Assembly (NCBI GenBank): GCA_963751575.1
Contig: CAVVUX010000002.1
Location: 742,208-806,207, forward strand
Origin: an uncultured Chloroflexia bacterium
GTDB taxonomy: Bacteria; Chloroflexota; Anaerolineae; Anaerolineales; UBA11858
DNA length: 64,000 nt
Reading direction: 5' to 3'
Positions 30,666 through 40,652 of this stretch are shown here, piece after piece (the first letter of the stretch is position 1; every line of letters starts with the position of its first letter). The notes under the pieces were generated by a model. It had not been told where the DNA came from, did no database searches, and saw nothing but the letters and a program-made list of their open reading frames with translations. A program made the translations under genes and the position numbers.

Positions 30666-32649
30666 TATCACCATTCTCTTCAATAGGCAAGCTTACAATA
30701 AAAGTTGTGCCTTCACCAACACTGCTTTCAACCAGAATGGATCCTTTATGACTCCGGACTAGACCATAACTGATCGCCAGTCCCAGTCCTGTTCCATGCC
30801 CAACATCTTTGGTTGTAAAAAATGGGTCAAAGATCTTCTTTAGGTTTTCTTCACTTATCCCTGATCCTGTATCTGAGAATGCGATATCAATGTCATTTGT
30901 TTTTTCATTGAGTCTGGTGCTAATGGTTAGATATCCACTGCCGTTCATGGCTTCCGCAGCATTGATGATCAGATTCATAAAGACCCGTTCGATCTGGGAA
31001 GGATCTATCACAGCGAGGGGCAGGTTGACCTGGAAATTCCTGTTAATATGGATATTGTGAAACAATGCCTGGAGCTCGACCAGGGAGATGCACTCATCGA
31101 TAATCGCGTTAATATCATAAAACGATTTATCGGGCTGCCTCTGGCGTGAAAAATCCAGCAAACCGCGGATAATATCGCGACAGCGATTTGCCTGTCCAAC
31201 GATTTTTTCCAGGGAATACTGGCAATTCTCATCGAGGTCAGGATTATCTTCCAGAAGCAAATGGGAAAAGGTGACAATCCCCTGAAGCGGGTTATTTAGT
31301 TCATGGGCGATATTAGCTGAGAGCTGGCCGATCAATGCCAGCCGTTCGGATTCCATGATCCGTTTGGTCGCAAAATCTTTCAGGTCCTGATCCCGTTTTT
31401 GCAGCGATTCCGCCATGTCATTAAATGATTCAGCAAGGAACTGCAGTTCATCATTTGTGCGCACATTGACCCTGGTATATAGATTGCCAGCAGCCACTTC
31501 TTTTGAAGCCGAAACCATAGCTTGAATGGGATTTGATACCTGCCTGGCGATCAAGTAAGATACAGCAATTGCCACCAGGATACCCGCGATTGTGATTGCC
31601 AGAAAAGTCACGATAGTCTCCTGGCGGATATCGATATATTTTTGTTCCAGGACACCGACATAAAGAATGCCGATGATCTGCTGCTGAATATTCTTGATTG
31701 GCTCGTAGGCAGTTATGTACCAGTTATTTACGACGTAAGCCCTGTCTATCCAGGGTTCGCCTTGAATGATCACCTGATTGTAAACTTCCTCACTGATCCT
31801 GGTCCCGATTGCCCGGCTGCCATCCTCATTCTTGACATTGGTGGAGATCCTCAGATCATCCTGGAAGATTGTTGCTGTTCCGATATCCTGGCCTTTGTAC
31901 TTGACATCTTCATAGACAGTTTGTTTGATCAGGTCGACTATTTCAAAATTTCGATTGAGCAGCTTTCCACCAAAGACGACTCCCAGAATTTCGTGCTGAG
32001 CGTTTAGAATGGGTGATGCTGCAATCAGCATCATCCCTGACCTTGATTCGCGGGCTGATATTGTTCTGGCCAGCGGGGTATCAATGAAATCGATCTGGGC
32101 TTGTTCTGCCAGTTGAGGCGATTCTTTCTCAAGTTCATATTCTGAAAAAACAACTGTAGCAGTCACACAGCCTTCTATATTTAGGGCAGTTCTGATAAAG
32201 TCATGGTGACTCAGGTCATCCCCGCGTTTTTCAGGATTATGGGTGCGGAGCAGGACCTTTCCATATTTGTTTGTGACACCAAAGATATCCAAACCAGCGG
32301 TGCTGCTGACGTTTATAAGCTCCTGGATGATTTCATCAATATCTTCAATGATGATCGCGTTTTCCAGAATGTCGCGGTCGGCGGTGTAACAAACGACTGA
32401 ACCTATCTGCTGGAGCTGGCTTTCATAGATGACCCTGGCAGCATTGAGATCATTCCTGACCTTATCCTGGGCCTCAGTGAGCACCCTGTTTGATGTGAGA
32501 CGGACTCCAACCACCAGGAAAACACTCCCGATGATGACGATCATCAGCACAAAGGCAGCCATTAATTTTGCATGGATTGGCACCGTTGTACCTTGATATA
32601 AGGTTTTGAATAATCCTTTTTTCTGGTTGGCTTCGTCCGATATATTCAT
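30652..32649 (-). CDS. Membrane sensor histidine kinase (TM-Cache-type periplasmic domain-TM-HAMP-HisKA-HATPase)
   Basis: [16 protein letters not shown]...RAIGT...WYITAYEPI (Cache-like), [44 protein letters not shown]. Confidence 0.93.
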   Translation of the reverse strand: MNISDEANQKKGLFKTLYQGTTVPIHAKLMAAFVLMIVIIGSVFLVVGVRLTSNRVLTEAQDKVRNDLNAARVIYESQLQQIGSVVCYTADRDILENAIIIEDIDEIIQELINVSSTAGLDIFGVTNKYGKVLLRTHNPEKRGDDLSHHDFIRTALNIEGCVTATVVFSEYELEKESPQLAEQAQIDFIDTPLARTISARESRSGMMLIAASPILNAQHEILGVVFGGKLLNRNFEIVDLIKQTVYEDVKYKGQDIGTATIFQDDLRISTNVKNEDGSRAIGTRISEEVYNQVIIQGEPWIDRAYVVNNWYITAYEPIKNIQQQIIGILYVGVLEQKYIDIRQETIVTFLAITIAGILVAIAVSYLIARQVSNPIQAMVSASKEVAAGNLYTRVNVRTNDELQFLAESFNDMAESLQKRDQDLKDFATKRIMESERLALIGQLSANIAHELNNPLQGIVTFSHLLLEDNPDLDENCQYSLEKIVGQANRCRDIIRGLLDFSRQRQPDKSFYDINAIIDECISLVELQALFHNIHINRNFQVNLPLAVIDPSQIERVFMNLIINAAEAMNGSGYLTISTRLNEKTNDIDIAFSDTGSGISEENLKKIFDPFFTTKDVGHGTGLGLAISYGLVRSHKGSILVESSVGEGTTFIVSLPIEENGDNGKY

Positions 32650-32669
32650 AGCTTATGTGCGCAAACAGA

Positions 32670-34661
32670 TTAGATTGCTTCTTCCACCAGCTCGATCAGG
32701 TCCTTAACTGCCAGGTCACTTTCGTGACCTGTTGTTTTAACTGCATCCTGGTACATGGTGACATCTTTTGGACAGGAAACTATAAAAAGTTTGATTCCAT
32801 CCAGGCCAATTGCTTCCCTGATCCGTGCTTCGCTGGGTCGTTCTTCAACTTTTCCTTCGTTCATCCAGATCCGTCCACCACCAGCACCGCAGCATAATGC
32901 TAGATCGCGAGAACGCGGCATTTCAATAATTTCACAACCAGTGGATTCAATGACCCTGCGGGGTGCATCGTAGACCTGGTTGTATCGACCGAGGTAGCAG
33001 GGATCATGGTAAGTCACCTTGTAGTTCAATGACTTGCTGAACCGCAGTTTGCCTTGCTTGATCAACTGATCGAGTAGTTGGCTGTAATGCAAAATTGTTT
33101 GAGGTGCAGAGAAAGCATATTCATTCAACAGGGTGTTGTAGCTGTGGGGATCGGTGGTTACGATAGACTGATATTCGCAGCGTTCGAGGGTCTTTAGATT
33201 CTTTTCCATTAATAGTTCAAAGAGACCTTCTTCTCCCACGCGGCGGACGTCATTACCAGCGTGATTTTCCCCTTTGAACAAAACACCAAAATCCAACCCT
33301 GCCTGCTGGAATACTTTTGCAGTCCTGACGGTTAAATCTGCCACAACAGGATTATAGGAGCCGTAGTCCCCGATAAACCAAAGATATTCAACCGGTTCCC
33401 TTGTTGCATCTTTGATGGCAGGTTCAATGCCTTCAGTCCACTGGGCACGCTTGCGGGGAGATTGGCCAAATGAGTTTCCATATTGTCCCAGGTTGGTGAG
33501 TGCTTCCTGTAATTCTGAATCTATCTGGCCTTCTATGACCAGATGCCGCCTGAGCTCGATTATGGTATCGATGTGTTCGATCAGGACCGGGCATTCAGTT
33601 ATACAGGCTCCACATGTCGTACAAGACCAGAGGACATCTTTGCTGATGCTTGAATGCTCGAGAAGGGATTGATGAAAATCAGACCCATTTGATCTGGCAT
33701 GGTCCAATAATTCCCGGATCCCAATAATCAAATCTTTAGGATTCAATGGATATCCAGCGCCGTAGGCAGGACAAACATCCTGGCAGCGACCGCAATCAGT
33801 ACAGGCATCTCCATTAAGCAGCTGCTTCCAGGTCAGTTGATCGAGATGGCTGACATAGATCGGAATGCCTGCCTGATCAAGAGGGGTAGGAGGCAGTTCG
33901 CCAATTGGTCGGTCCAACTCGGAAAAGAAAATATTCAGCGGACCGGTTAATACATGGAGCAAGGATCCAACGGGTAGGGTGATAATTGCAGCGGCGGCAG
34001 TTAGGAGATGGATCAACCAGATCACAAGATGGAGATTGGTAAGTGCCTGATTCGATGCCCCACTAGAGATAAATAATTGGGCAATCGTCCAGCCGACAGG
34101 CGACCAGGCAGCATTCACTGGTTGTTCTACCGCCAGCCGAAGCGATTCTGTTGTTATCCCGCCCAGCACAATGATCACCAGCATGATCAGGGTCCAGGTG
34201 AATTGCGGCTGGTATGTCAAACGATCAGGCTTGGTGACATACCGCCTGTATATCGCCATGACTGCACCGACAATAAAAACCAGGGTAAAAAGATCCAACG
34301 TCAGCTTATAAATTGAAAATACCGGTCCAGCCAGGAATTTATAAAAGTGTGTGTTGATAGTTGCCAGGGCTGTTCCCAGGAAAAATATAAAGAAACTCCA
34401 GGCCAGCGAGACATGCATGATCCCCGGGTATTTTTGTCTCAAGACCCGGGTCTGGATAATGCCATATCGGATCACATTGATGATCCGGGTTCCGATTTTG
34501 TTCCAGCGAGGTTCAGGCCTGCCGACTTTCCACCAGATCCGGGCTTTCAGGAAAAAACGCAGGAGCAAAATGGCCCCGGCAAGGAACATTACCGTATAAA
34601 CAAGTATATTTGGCGATCCCCACTGATGAGGGATGCCCCAGTATTCAACATGTTCTGGCAT
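32670..34661 (-). CDS. Membrane-bound Fe-S oxidoreductase (ETF:menaquinone oxidoreductase EMO/FadF-like; NarI-type TM + 2x[4Fe-4S] + CCG)
   Basis: YPGIMHVSL, NLHLVIWLIH, LLHVL, CTDCGRCQDVCP, CTTCGACITECP, YHDPCYLGR, CCGAGGG; directly downstream of etfBA. Confidence 0.9.
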   Translation of the reverse strand: MPEHVEYWGIPHQWGSPNILVYTVMFLAGAILLLRFFLKARIWWKVGRPEPRWNKIGTRIINVIRYGIIQTRVLRQKYPGIMHVSLAWSFFIFFLGTALATINTHFYKFLAGPVFSIYKLTLDLFTLVFIVGAVMAIYRRYVTKPDRLTYQPQFTWTLIMLVIIVLGGITTESLRLAVEQPVNAAWSPVGWTIAQLFISSGASNQALTNLHLVIWLIHLLTAAAAIITLPVGSLLHVLTGPLNIFFSELDRPIGELPPTPLDQAGIPIYVSHLDQLTWKQLLNGDACTDCGRCQDVCPAYGAGYPLNPKDLIIGIRELLDHARSNGSDFHQSLLEHSSISKDVLWSCTTCGACITECPVLIEHIDTIIELRRHLVIEGQIDSELQEALTNLGQYGNSFGQSPRKRAQWTEGIEPAIKDATREPVEYLWFIGDYGSYNPVVADLTVRTAKVFQQAGLDFGVLFKGENHAGNDVRRVGEEGLFELLMEKNLKTLERCEYQSIVTTDPHSYNTLLNEYAFSAPQTILHYSQLLDQLIKQGKLRFSKSLNYKVTYHDPCYLGRYNQVYDAPRRVIESTGCEIIEMPRSRDLALCCGAGGGRIWMNEGKVEERPSEARIREAIGLDGIKLFIVSCPKDVTMYQDAVKTTGHESDLAVKDLIELVEEAI

Positions 34662-34689
34662 GGATATCTCTCCTCATAAGGTTTGCCGT

Positions 34690-35655
34690 TCAGCCATTCT
34701 TAATGCTTCCAATTTTCTCTAATAGTGGATCGATAAAATCAAACAGGTCTATTTCAATCCCGTAGGTTGCGATATCAAAAATTGGAGCATCGGGATCACT
34801 GTTGATGGCAATAATCGTTTTGCTATTAGTAATGCCTTCGAGATGTTCTGTCGCACCGCTGATTCCCAGGCTGAAGTAAAGCTCTGGTTTGACGGATTTT
34901 CCTGATTTGCCTACCAGGCGGGATGCAGGAAGCCAACCCTGGTCAATTATCGGTCTGGATGCGCATACCGTGCCCCCCAGCAGTTTGGCGAGATCTTCAG
35001 CAAGCTCGATATTATCTTGGGTTTGAATACCCCGGCCAATAGCCACCAGGACTTTTTCCTGGGCAATATCAACATCGCTGGTGTCTGGTTCGATGTACTG
35101 GGTGATTTTTACTTTCAAATCAGCGAGGTCTGGCGCTGCAAATGGGATGACTTCTGAGGGCGGTCCTGCTTGGCCGGATTCTGGTTTATAACCACCAGGG
35201 ATCATAGTGATCAGGGTGGTAATGTCAGCTAGCTGACTGTCAACCATGATTTTTCCACCGCAAATCTGACTGATGATCGATCCTTGATCTGAGATTTTCA
35301 GGCAGGAATTGATTATCGGAAAATTATGCTGGGCTGCGATACCACTGCAGACGTCTGCACCAAGGGTTGTATTTCCAAAAAAGAATACCCTCGGAGAATA
35401 TTCATTCAATAAGGCATTGAGAGTCCGGTTATAGGCATCAGAGGTGAATTCAGCCAGAGCAGGATGATCACAGTAGATCACCTTATCAACGGCAAGATTG
35501 TCTTTCAATTTTTCCGCACCGCTGCCCAGTAAAATGCCGATGACATCACCACCAGCTTTCTGGGCTAAAACCCTAGCCGCAGCTGTCATAACGTAAGAGA
35601 TATCTGAAACCTGTCCCTGAATATGCTCGATCAGAATATATATATCTTGGGTCAT
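34690..35655 (-). CDS. etfA: Electron transfer flavoprotein alpha subunit
   Basis: VLVAIGRGI, ASRPIIDQGWLP..LVGKSGKSVKP, GISGATEHLEG, IAINSDPDAPIF; GAGGAGG RBS before ATG 35655. Confidence 0.95.
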   Translation of the reverse strand: MTQDIYILIEHIQGQVSDISYVMTAAARVLAQKAGGDVIGILLGSGAEKLKDNLAVDKVIYCDHPALAEFTSDAYNRTLNALLNEYSPRVFFFGNTTLGADVCSGIAAQHNFPIINSCLKISDQGSIISQICGGKIMVDSQLADITTLITMIPGGYKPESGQAGPPSEVIPFAAPDLADLKVKITQYIEPDTSDVDIAQEKVLVAIGRGIQTQDNIELAEDLAKLLGGTVCASRPIIDQGWLPASRLVGKSGKSVKPELYFSLGISGATEHLEGITNSKTIIAINSDPDAPIFDIATYGIEIDLFDFIDPLLEKIGSIKNG

Positions 35656-35668
35656 TTTGTTCCTCCTC

Positions 35669-36436
35669 TTACAACAATCCAAGATCCTGGAGGATCGAGG
35701 ACAATTTGGCGGCAATTTCCTCCTCGTTTCCTTCCAACATCTCGGCTTTTTCTGCTGGTTCTGGCAAGTACATCCGATTTACCTTGATCGAACCTTCTAG
35801 GGTGAGATCAGCTCCGGTGATATCCTCAATCGAAGCAGTGCTCATCATTTGGCGGACTTTGCTTATCGCCACATACCTGGGAGGATCTTCACTCGCTTGG
35901 ATGCCAAGCACCGCGGGCAGTGTGATCTCCATTTCGGCCAGGATTCCCCCGGGATATTCCTTATAAGCATTGACTTGGCCATCATTGAGCGAGAAGCCTG
36001 AGATATAACCAACATAGGGCATACCCAGCAGGTTTGCAACTAATGGGGCCAGATCTCCGGAAGTGTCATCATGAGCCTGGACTCCGTTTAAGATCAAATC
36101 CGGGTTGATATCCTTGATCAAATTGGCAAGCGTTTTTGCCAGGGATATATTGGTAGGTTTTCCATCATCAGCTCCGGTGAGTTTGATCAATCGATCAGCA
36201 CCTTTGGCAGCAGTTGTGAAGAGCATATCCTCAACTCCTTCCGCCTCAGGGCTGATAATTGTCACCTTGGCACCGGTTCGTTCTTTGATGATGATCGCTT
36301 GTTCGATGGCGTGGTTATCAAATTCGTTGATGATTAACCGGAGCCAGGAACGGTCGAGTGCAGTCCCACTGGGGGCTATTTCTAATTCTTCAACGAGGTC
36401 AGGGACAAGGCGAGCGATTACTACTATCTCGGTCAT
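35669..36436 (-). CDS. etfB: Electron transfer flavoprotein beta subunit
   Basis: VVIARLVPD, INEFDNHAIEQA, AKGADR, PDLILNGVQAHD, LPAVL..PRY. Confidence 0.93.
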   Translation of the reverse strand: MTEIVVIARLVPDLVEELEIAPSGTALDRSWLRLIINEFDNHAIEQAIIIKERTGAKVTIISPEAEGVEDMLFTTAAKGADRLIKLTGADDGKPTNISLAKTLANLIKDINPDLILNGVQAHDDTSGDLAPLVANLLGMPYVGYISGFSLNDGQVNAYKEYPGGILAEMEITLPAVLGIQASEDPPRYVAISKVRQMMSTASIEDITGADLTLEGSIKVNRMYLPEPAEKAEMLEGNEEEIAAKLSSILQDLGLL

Positions 36437-36447
36437 AGTATTCCTCC

Positions 36448-37653
36448 TCAGTTATCCATTGCATCTATGATCAGTTCAGCAATATCTTTGACAATAAGTT
36501 TTTCTGCTCCAGAAATTGCTTTGGCTGAATCTTCGAATCTGGGGGGTTCGTAGGGGCAAGCGACTGCCAGAATGTCAGCTTTGACAGCGACCGCTTCTTT
36601 AACCCTCCAATCTGATAAACGGGATTCGGCTTTTTCCCAGCTGAACCCATCCAACCACATTCCTCCACCACCACCTCCACAGCATAAGCTGGTTGATTTA
36701 TTGTGGGCCATCTCAACCAGTTCAAGGCCAGGTATAGCCTCAATTATCTGCCGGGGAGCATCATAGATCTTGTTTACCCTGCCCAGGTAGCATGGATCGT
36801 GGTAGGCAACTCTTGCTTTTCCATTTTCAGTCATCAGGCCAGTGATTTCGTCAAGTCGCTCCAGCAGGAGTTCAGTGTAATGGCGGACAGGATACTCAAT
36901 TCCGAGCTGGGGATACTCGTTCTTGAAGGCATTGAAGGCGTGGGGGTCGGTTGTGATGATCTCATTGAATTCACAGCGGCTGAGCATTTTGGCATTTTTT
37001 TCAGCCAGCATCTCGAATAAGCCGCGTTCGCCGGCAAGCCGCTGGGAATCTCCATCGCTGTGTTCATCGGGTCCCAAGATGCAAAAATCGATTCCTAATT
37101 TATGGAAAAGTTTGGCAACTGACCTGGTGACCTCCTTGACGCGGGGATGATAGGATGCGTAATCACCCACAAACCACATAACATCAAAAGGCCGTTTGGC
37201 TGTGCGAACTATTGGAACTTCGAAATCCAATCCTTCAGCCCAGGCAGCCCTCTTGCGGGCTGACTCACCTAACGGGTTGCTGTATTGCTGGGAAAACTCC
37301 AGGGCGCTCTGCAATTCTGCCGGGACATTGCCTGCCAGCAGGGCTTCTTCTTTAGCACGGGTCATCAAAGCAGGAGTGACCGGAATATCTTTTGGGCAGA
37401 CTTCGGTGCAGGCATAGCAGGAAACACACATCCAGACAGATTCTGATTGCAGCATCTCGTCTAGAATACCCGCCCGCATCCAGGCGATCATTCTGCCTGG
37501 AGGAAATTCCATCGCAAAACCAAATGGGCATACTCCACTGCAGCAAGCACACTGCAGGCAGGTCTGGATCCGATCTCCATCGGGAATCTTGAATAAACTC
37601 TCTTTAAATTCTGTACTGAAGGGGAGCTGTTTCGAAATTGCGTTCACGGCCAT
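36448..37653 (-). CDS. Soluble HdrD/GlpC-like Fe-S oxidoreductase (HdrC-like 2x[4Fe-4S] + CCG domains)
   Basis: CLQCACCSGVCP, WMCVSCYACTEVCP, YHDPCYLGR, LCCGGGGG; first gene of the cluster, with AGGAGG RBS. Confidence 0.9.
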   Translation of the reverse strand: MAVNAISKQLPFSTEFKESLFKIPDGDRIQTCLQCACCSGVCPFGFAMEFPPGRMIAWMRAGILDEMLQSESVWMCVSCYACTEVCPKDIPVTPALMTRAKEEALLAGNVPAELQSALEFSQQYSNPLGESARKRAAWAEGLDFEVPIVRTAKRPFDVMWFVGDYASYHPRVKEVTRSVAKLFHKLGIDFCILGPDEHSDGDSQRLAGERGLFEMLAEKNAKMLSRCEFNEIITTDPHAFNAFKNEYPQLGIEYPVRHYTELLLERLDEITGLMTENGKARVAYHDPCYLGRVNKIYDAPRQIIEAIPGLELVEMAHNKSTSLCCGGGGGGMWLDGFSWEKAESRLSDWRVKEAVAVKADILAVACPYEPPRFEDSAKAISGAEKLIVKDIAELIIDAMDN

Positions 37654-37887
37654 CGGGATGCCTCCTGTTCATGAAGAAAAGGCTGAATAAATCCAAATTC
37701 CTTGGTACAGCACTTAATAATCAATCTCCTTTGTATTGTCCTCAGGAGAGATTAATTTCAGCGAAATCGCATCCACAACGAATAAGTTTTGCAACTATTA
37801 AAATGAGAGATGTAAAGCAGTTAATTATTTTCGTAAATGATTGTTAATTTAACCTTATTAATACTAATATCAGGGTGGTGATAAATA

Positions 37888-37905
37888 AAGTGAAGATAAT
37901 CACAA
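37888..37905. promoter_or_regulatory. Candidate Rex operator between the Hdr/Etf cluster and tkt
   Basis: TTGTGATTATCTTCACTT (minus strand) matches 11 of 14 positions of TTGTGAAnnnnTTCACAA; rex is in the window. Confidence 0.55.
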
Positions 37906-38175
37906 TTAGACACATGAATTGTACTATAACCTGAGGGTCGATGTTTGGATATCCAGACTAGAAACTCCCCAATTAAAGGAAAAAAAACACCCTAGCTTGT
38001 AGATTTCGAGGCTGAGAATTGATTTATTACCAGATAGGGTAAAATAGGGTTGATTTTTTAGTTTGGCAGGAAAGGATGTTTTGTAAGGTATGAGACGGTG
38101 ACCTCATCATTTTCATATAACTGGTAAATGGATCAAGAAACTCCTTTCAGGAATTTTAGGCAGGAGGAAATTAAC

Positions 38176-40185
38176 ATGAGTCATGACAGAGCGCTGGATG
38201 AGAGAGCAATCAACACCATCCGATTTTTATCTGCGGATGCAATCCAGAAAGCAAATTCAGGCCATCCCGGCCTTCCTATGGGAACAGCGGCATTAACCTA
38301 TACTCTCTGGACTAGGCATCTAAAATATAATCCTCTCAATCCTGCCTGGCCTGATCGTGATCGGTTTATTCTCTCTGGCGGGCACGGGTCCATGCTGCTG
38401 TATTCTATGCTGCATTTATCTGGTTTTGATCTGAGCCTGGATGATATCAAGAACTTTCGGCAATGGGACAGTATCACTCCAGGGCATCCTGAATATGGTC
38501 TTACACCAGGGGTTGAGACGACAACTGGTCCATTGGGGCAGGGATTTGCAAACGGCGTAGGATTTGCTATCGCAGAAGCTCATCTTGCCTCGATCTACAA
38601 CAAACCAGATTTTCCAATCATTGATCACTATACCTATGCTTTGGTGACAGACGGTGACTTAATGGAAGGTGTCTCATCAGAAGCAGCTTCATTGGCCGGC
38701 CATCAGAAATTGGGCAAATTAATTTATTTTTACGACGACAATGGGATCTCGATTGATGGGTCTACTGAATTAGCCTTTACTGAAGATCGCGGGGCCAGGT
38801 TTTCAGCTTACGGTTGGCATGTTATCAATGTGAAAGATGGAAATGATATTGATGAGGTTGATCAGGCAATCCAGCTGGCAAAATCAGATCCACGACCTTC
38901 ATTGATCATTTGTAAAACCCATATTGGTTTTGGTATGCCGAATAAACAGGATACCGCTGAGGCGCATGGTTCACCTCCGGGGGATGATGAGTTAAACGCC
39001 GCAAAAGCCGCCCTCGGATGGCCGGAAGATCCGCGTTTTTATGTACCTTCTGAAGTTCGAGAGTTATTTAAGAATGAAATGAAAAAGGGATCAGATCATG
39101 AAAAACGATGGGATGAGCTCTTTTCCCGATATCAGAAAAAATATCCCGCTGAAGCTGCGGAATTAAGCAGACTATTAAAGGGTAAATTACCCGAGACATG
39201 GAACGTGCCCCAATTTCCCCCTGATCCGAAAGGTATGGCAACCCGGGCGGCTTCTGGTAAGGTGATCAACGCTCTGGCTGGTGTTATTCCTGAATTACTG
39301 GGAGGATCTGCGGATCTGGCTCCATCCAATAAAACCTGGATCGATGGCAGCCCGTCATTTCAAGCTGGTCATCGGGAAGGTAGGAATTTCCACTTTGGTG
39401 TCAGGGAGCATGCTATGGGTTCCATTGTAAATGGCATGGCCCTGCATGGCGGTTTAATCCCATATGGGGGGACCTTTATGGTGTTCACGGATTATTTCCG
39501 CCCGGCGATCCGGATCTCGGCTTTATCTCATATCCCCAGTATCTGGGTCCTGACCCATGACAGCGTGGGAGTAGGTGAGGATGGACCAACCCATCAACCG
39601 GTCGAGCATTTAGCAGCTTTACGGGCGATCCCAGGCCTGGTAACAATCCGGCCCAATGATGCCAATGAAACAGCTCAAGCCTGGGCAGTTGCGATCTCCC
39701 GCAGGAATGGCCCAACAGCTTTGGCACTGACGAGGCAGGCATTACCAGTGCTGGACCGAACAATATATGAAGCTGCCTCCGAGTTGAAAAGAGGAGCGTA
39801 TGTACTTGCAGATCTAGGGGAAGCCCGACCGGAACTGATCCTGATGGCGTCCGGATCTGAAGTGGACTTGATTGTCAAAGCCGGGGAACGACTGGCTGCC
39901 GAGGGTATAAATGTTCGTCTGGTCTCCTTCCCAAGTTGGGAGTTATTCCGGGCCCAGGATCAGGCTTACAGAGACCTGGTTTTACCGCCGGGGATCCGCA
40001 GCAGATTAGCAGTGGAAGCTGGAACATCCCTTGGCTGGTGTGAGTGGGTTGGGGACAAGGGAGATCAGTTGACGATCGACAGGTATGGCGCGTCAGCTCC
40101 AGCAGACAGGATATTTGCAGAATTTGGATTTACGGTTGAAGCGGTAATAAACAAGGCAGAAGAATTGCTCAGGAGTTCAAAATAA
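38176..40185 (+). CDS. tkt: Transketolase
   Basis: [68 protein letters not shown] before ATG 38176. Confidence 0.97.
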   Translation: MSHDRALDERAINTIRFLSADAIQKANSGHPGLPMGTAALTYTLWTRHLKYNPLNPAWPDRDRFILSGGHGSMLLYSMLHLSGFDLSLDDIKNFRQWDSITPGHPEYGLTPGVETTTGPLGQGFANGVGFAIAEAHLASIYNKPDFPIIDHYTYALVTDGDLMEGVSSEAASLAGHQKLGKLIYFYDDNGISIDGSTELAFTEDRGARFSAYGWHVINVKDGNDIDEVDQAIQLAKSDPRPSLIICKTHIGFGMPNKQDTAEAHGSPPGDDELNAAKAALGWPEDPRFYVPSEVRELFKNEMKKGSDHEKRWDELFSRYQKKYPAEAAELSRLLKGKLPETWNVPQFPPDPKGMATRAASGKVINALAGVIPELLGGSADLAPSNKTWIDGSPSFQAGHREGRNFHFGVREHAMGSIVNGMALHGGLIPYGGTFMVFTDYFRPAIRISALSHIPSIWVLTHDSVGVGEDGPTHQPVEHLAALRAIPGLVTIRPNDANETAQAWAVAISRRNGPTALALTRQALPVLDRTIYEAASELKRGAYVLADLGEARPELILMASGSEVDLIVKAGERLAAEGINVRLVSFPSWELFRAQDQAYRDLVLPPGIRSRLAVEAGTSLGWCEWVGDKGDQLTIDRYGASAPADRIFAEFGFTVEAVINKAEELLRSSK

Positions 40186-40652
40186 TGCGTATAGCCATTT
40201 GCTCGGACCATGCTGGATTCGAATTAAAACGCACCCTGGTAGGGTATCTTGAGGAACTTGATCATGATGTTCTCGACTTTGGAACAGATTCCATAGCCAG
40301 CGTCGATTATCCTGATTTTGTGGAACTGCTCGGAAACTCTATCCAAAATGGAGCTGCGGAAAGGGGAATTGTGGTCTGCGGATCAGGTATTGGTGGGTGC
40401 ATTACAGCGAATAAGATCAAAGGCGTTTATGCTTCGATCTGTCATGATCTTTACAGTGCGAGACAGGGTGTTGAGCATGACGATATGAATGTGCTATGTT
40501 TAGGCGGCCGGATTATTGATGAGGATCTTGCCAAAGAATTAGTATGGAATTTTTTGGATGCTAGATTTGTTGGAAATGATCCAGGTGAAGAAAGACATTT
40601 AAGACGGACTGCCAAGATAAAAATCATTGAAGAAAAAGGATCAACTAAATGA
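40185..40652 (+). CDS. rpiB: Ribose-5-phosphate isomerase B
   Basis: SDHAGFELK, VDYPDF, CGSGIG, ANKIKG, NVLCLGGR, ERHLRR. Confidence 0.95.
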   Translation: MRIAICSDHAGFELKRTLVGYLEELDHDVLDFGTDSIASVDYPDFVELLGNSIQNGAAERGIVVCGSGIGGCITANKIKGVYASICHDLYSARQGVEHDDMNVLCLGGRIIDEDLAKELVWNFLDARFVGNDPGEERHLRRTAKIKIIEEKGSTK

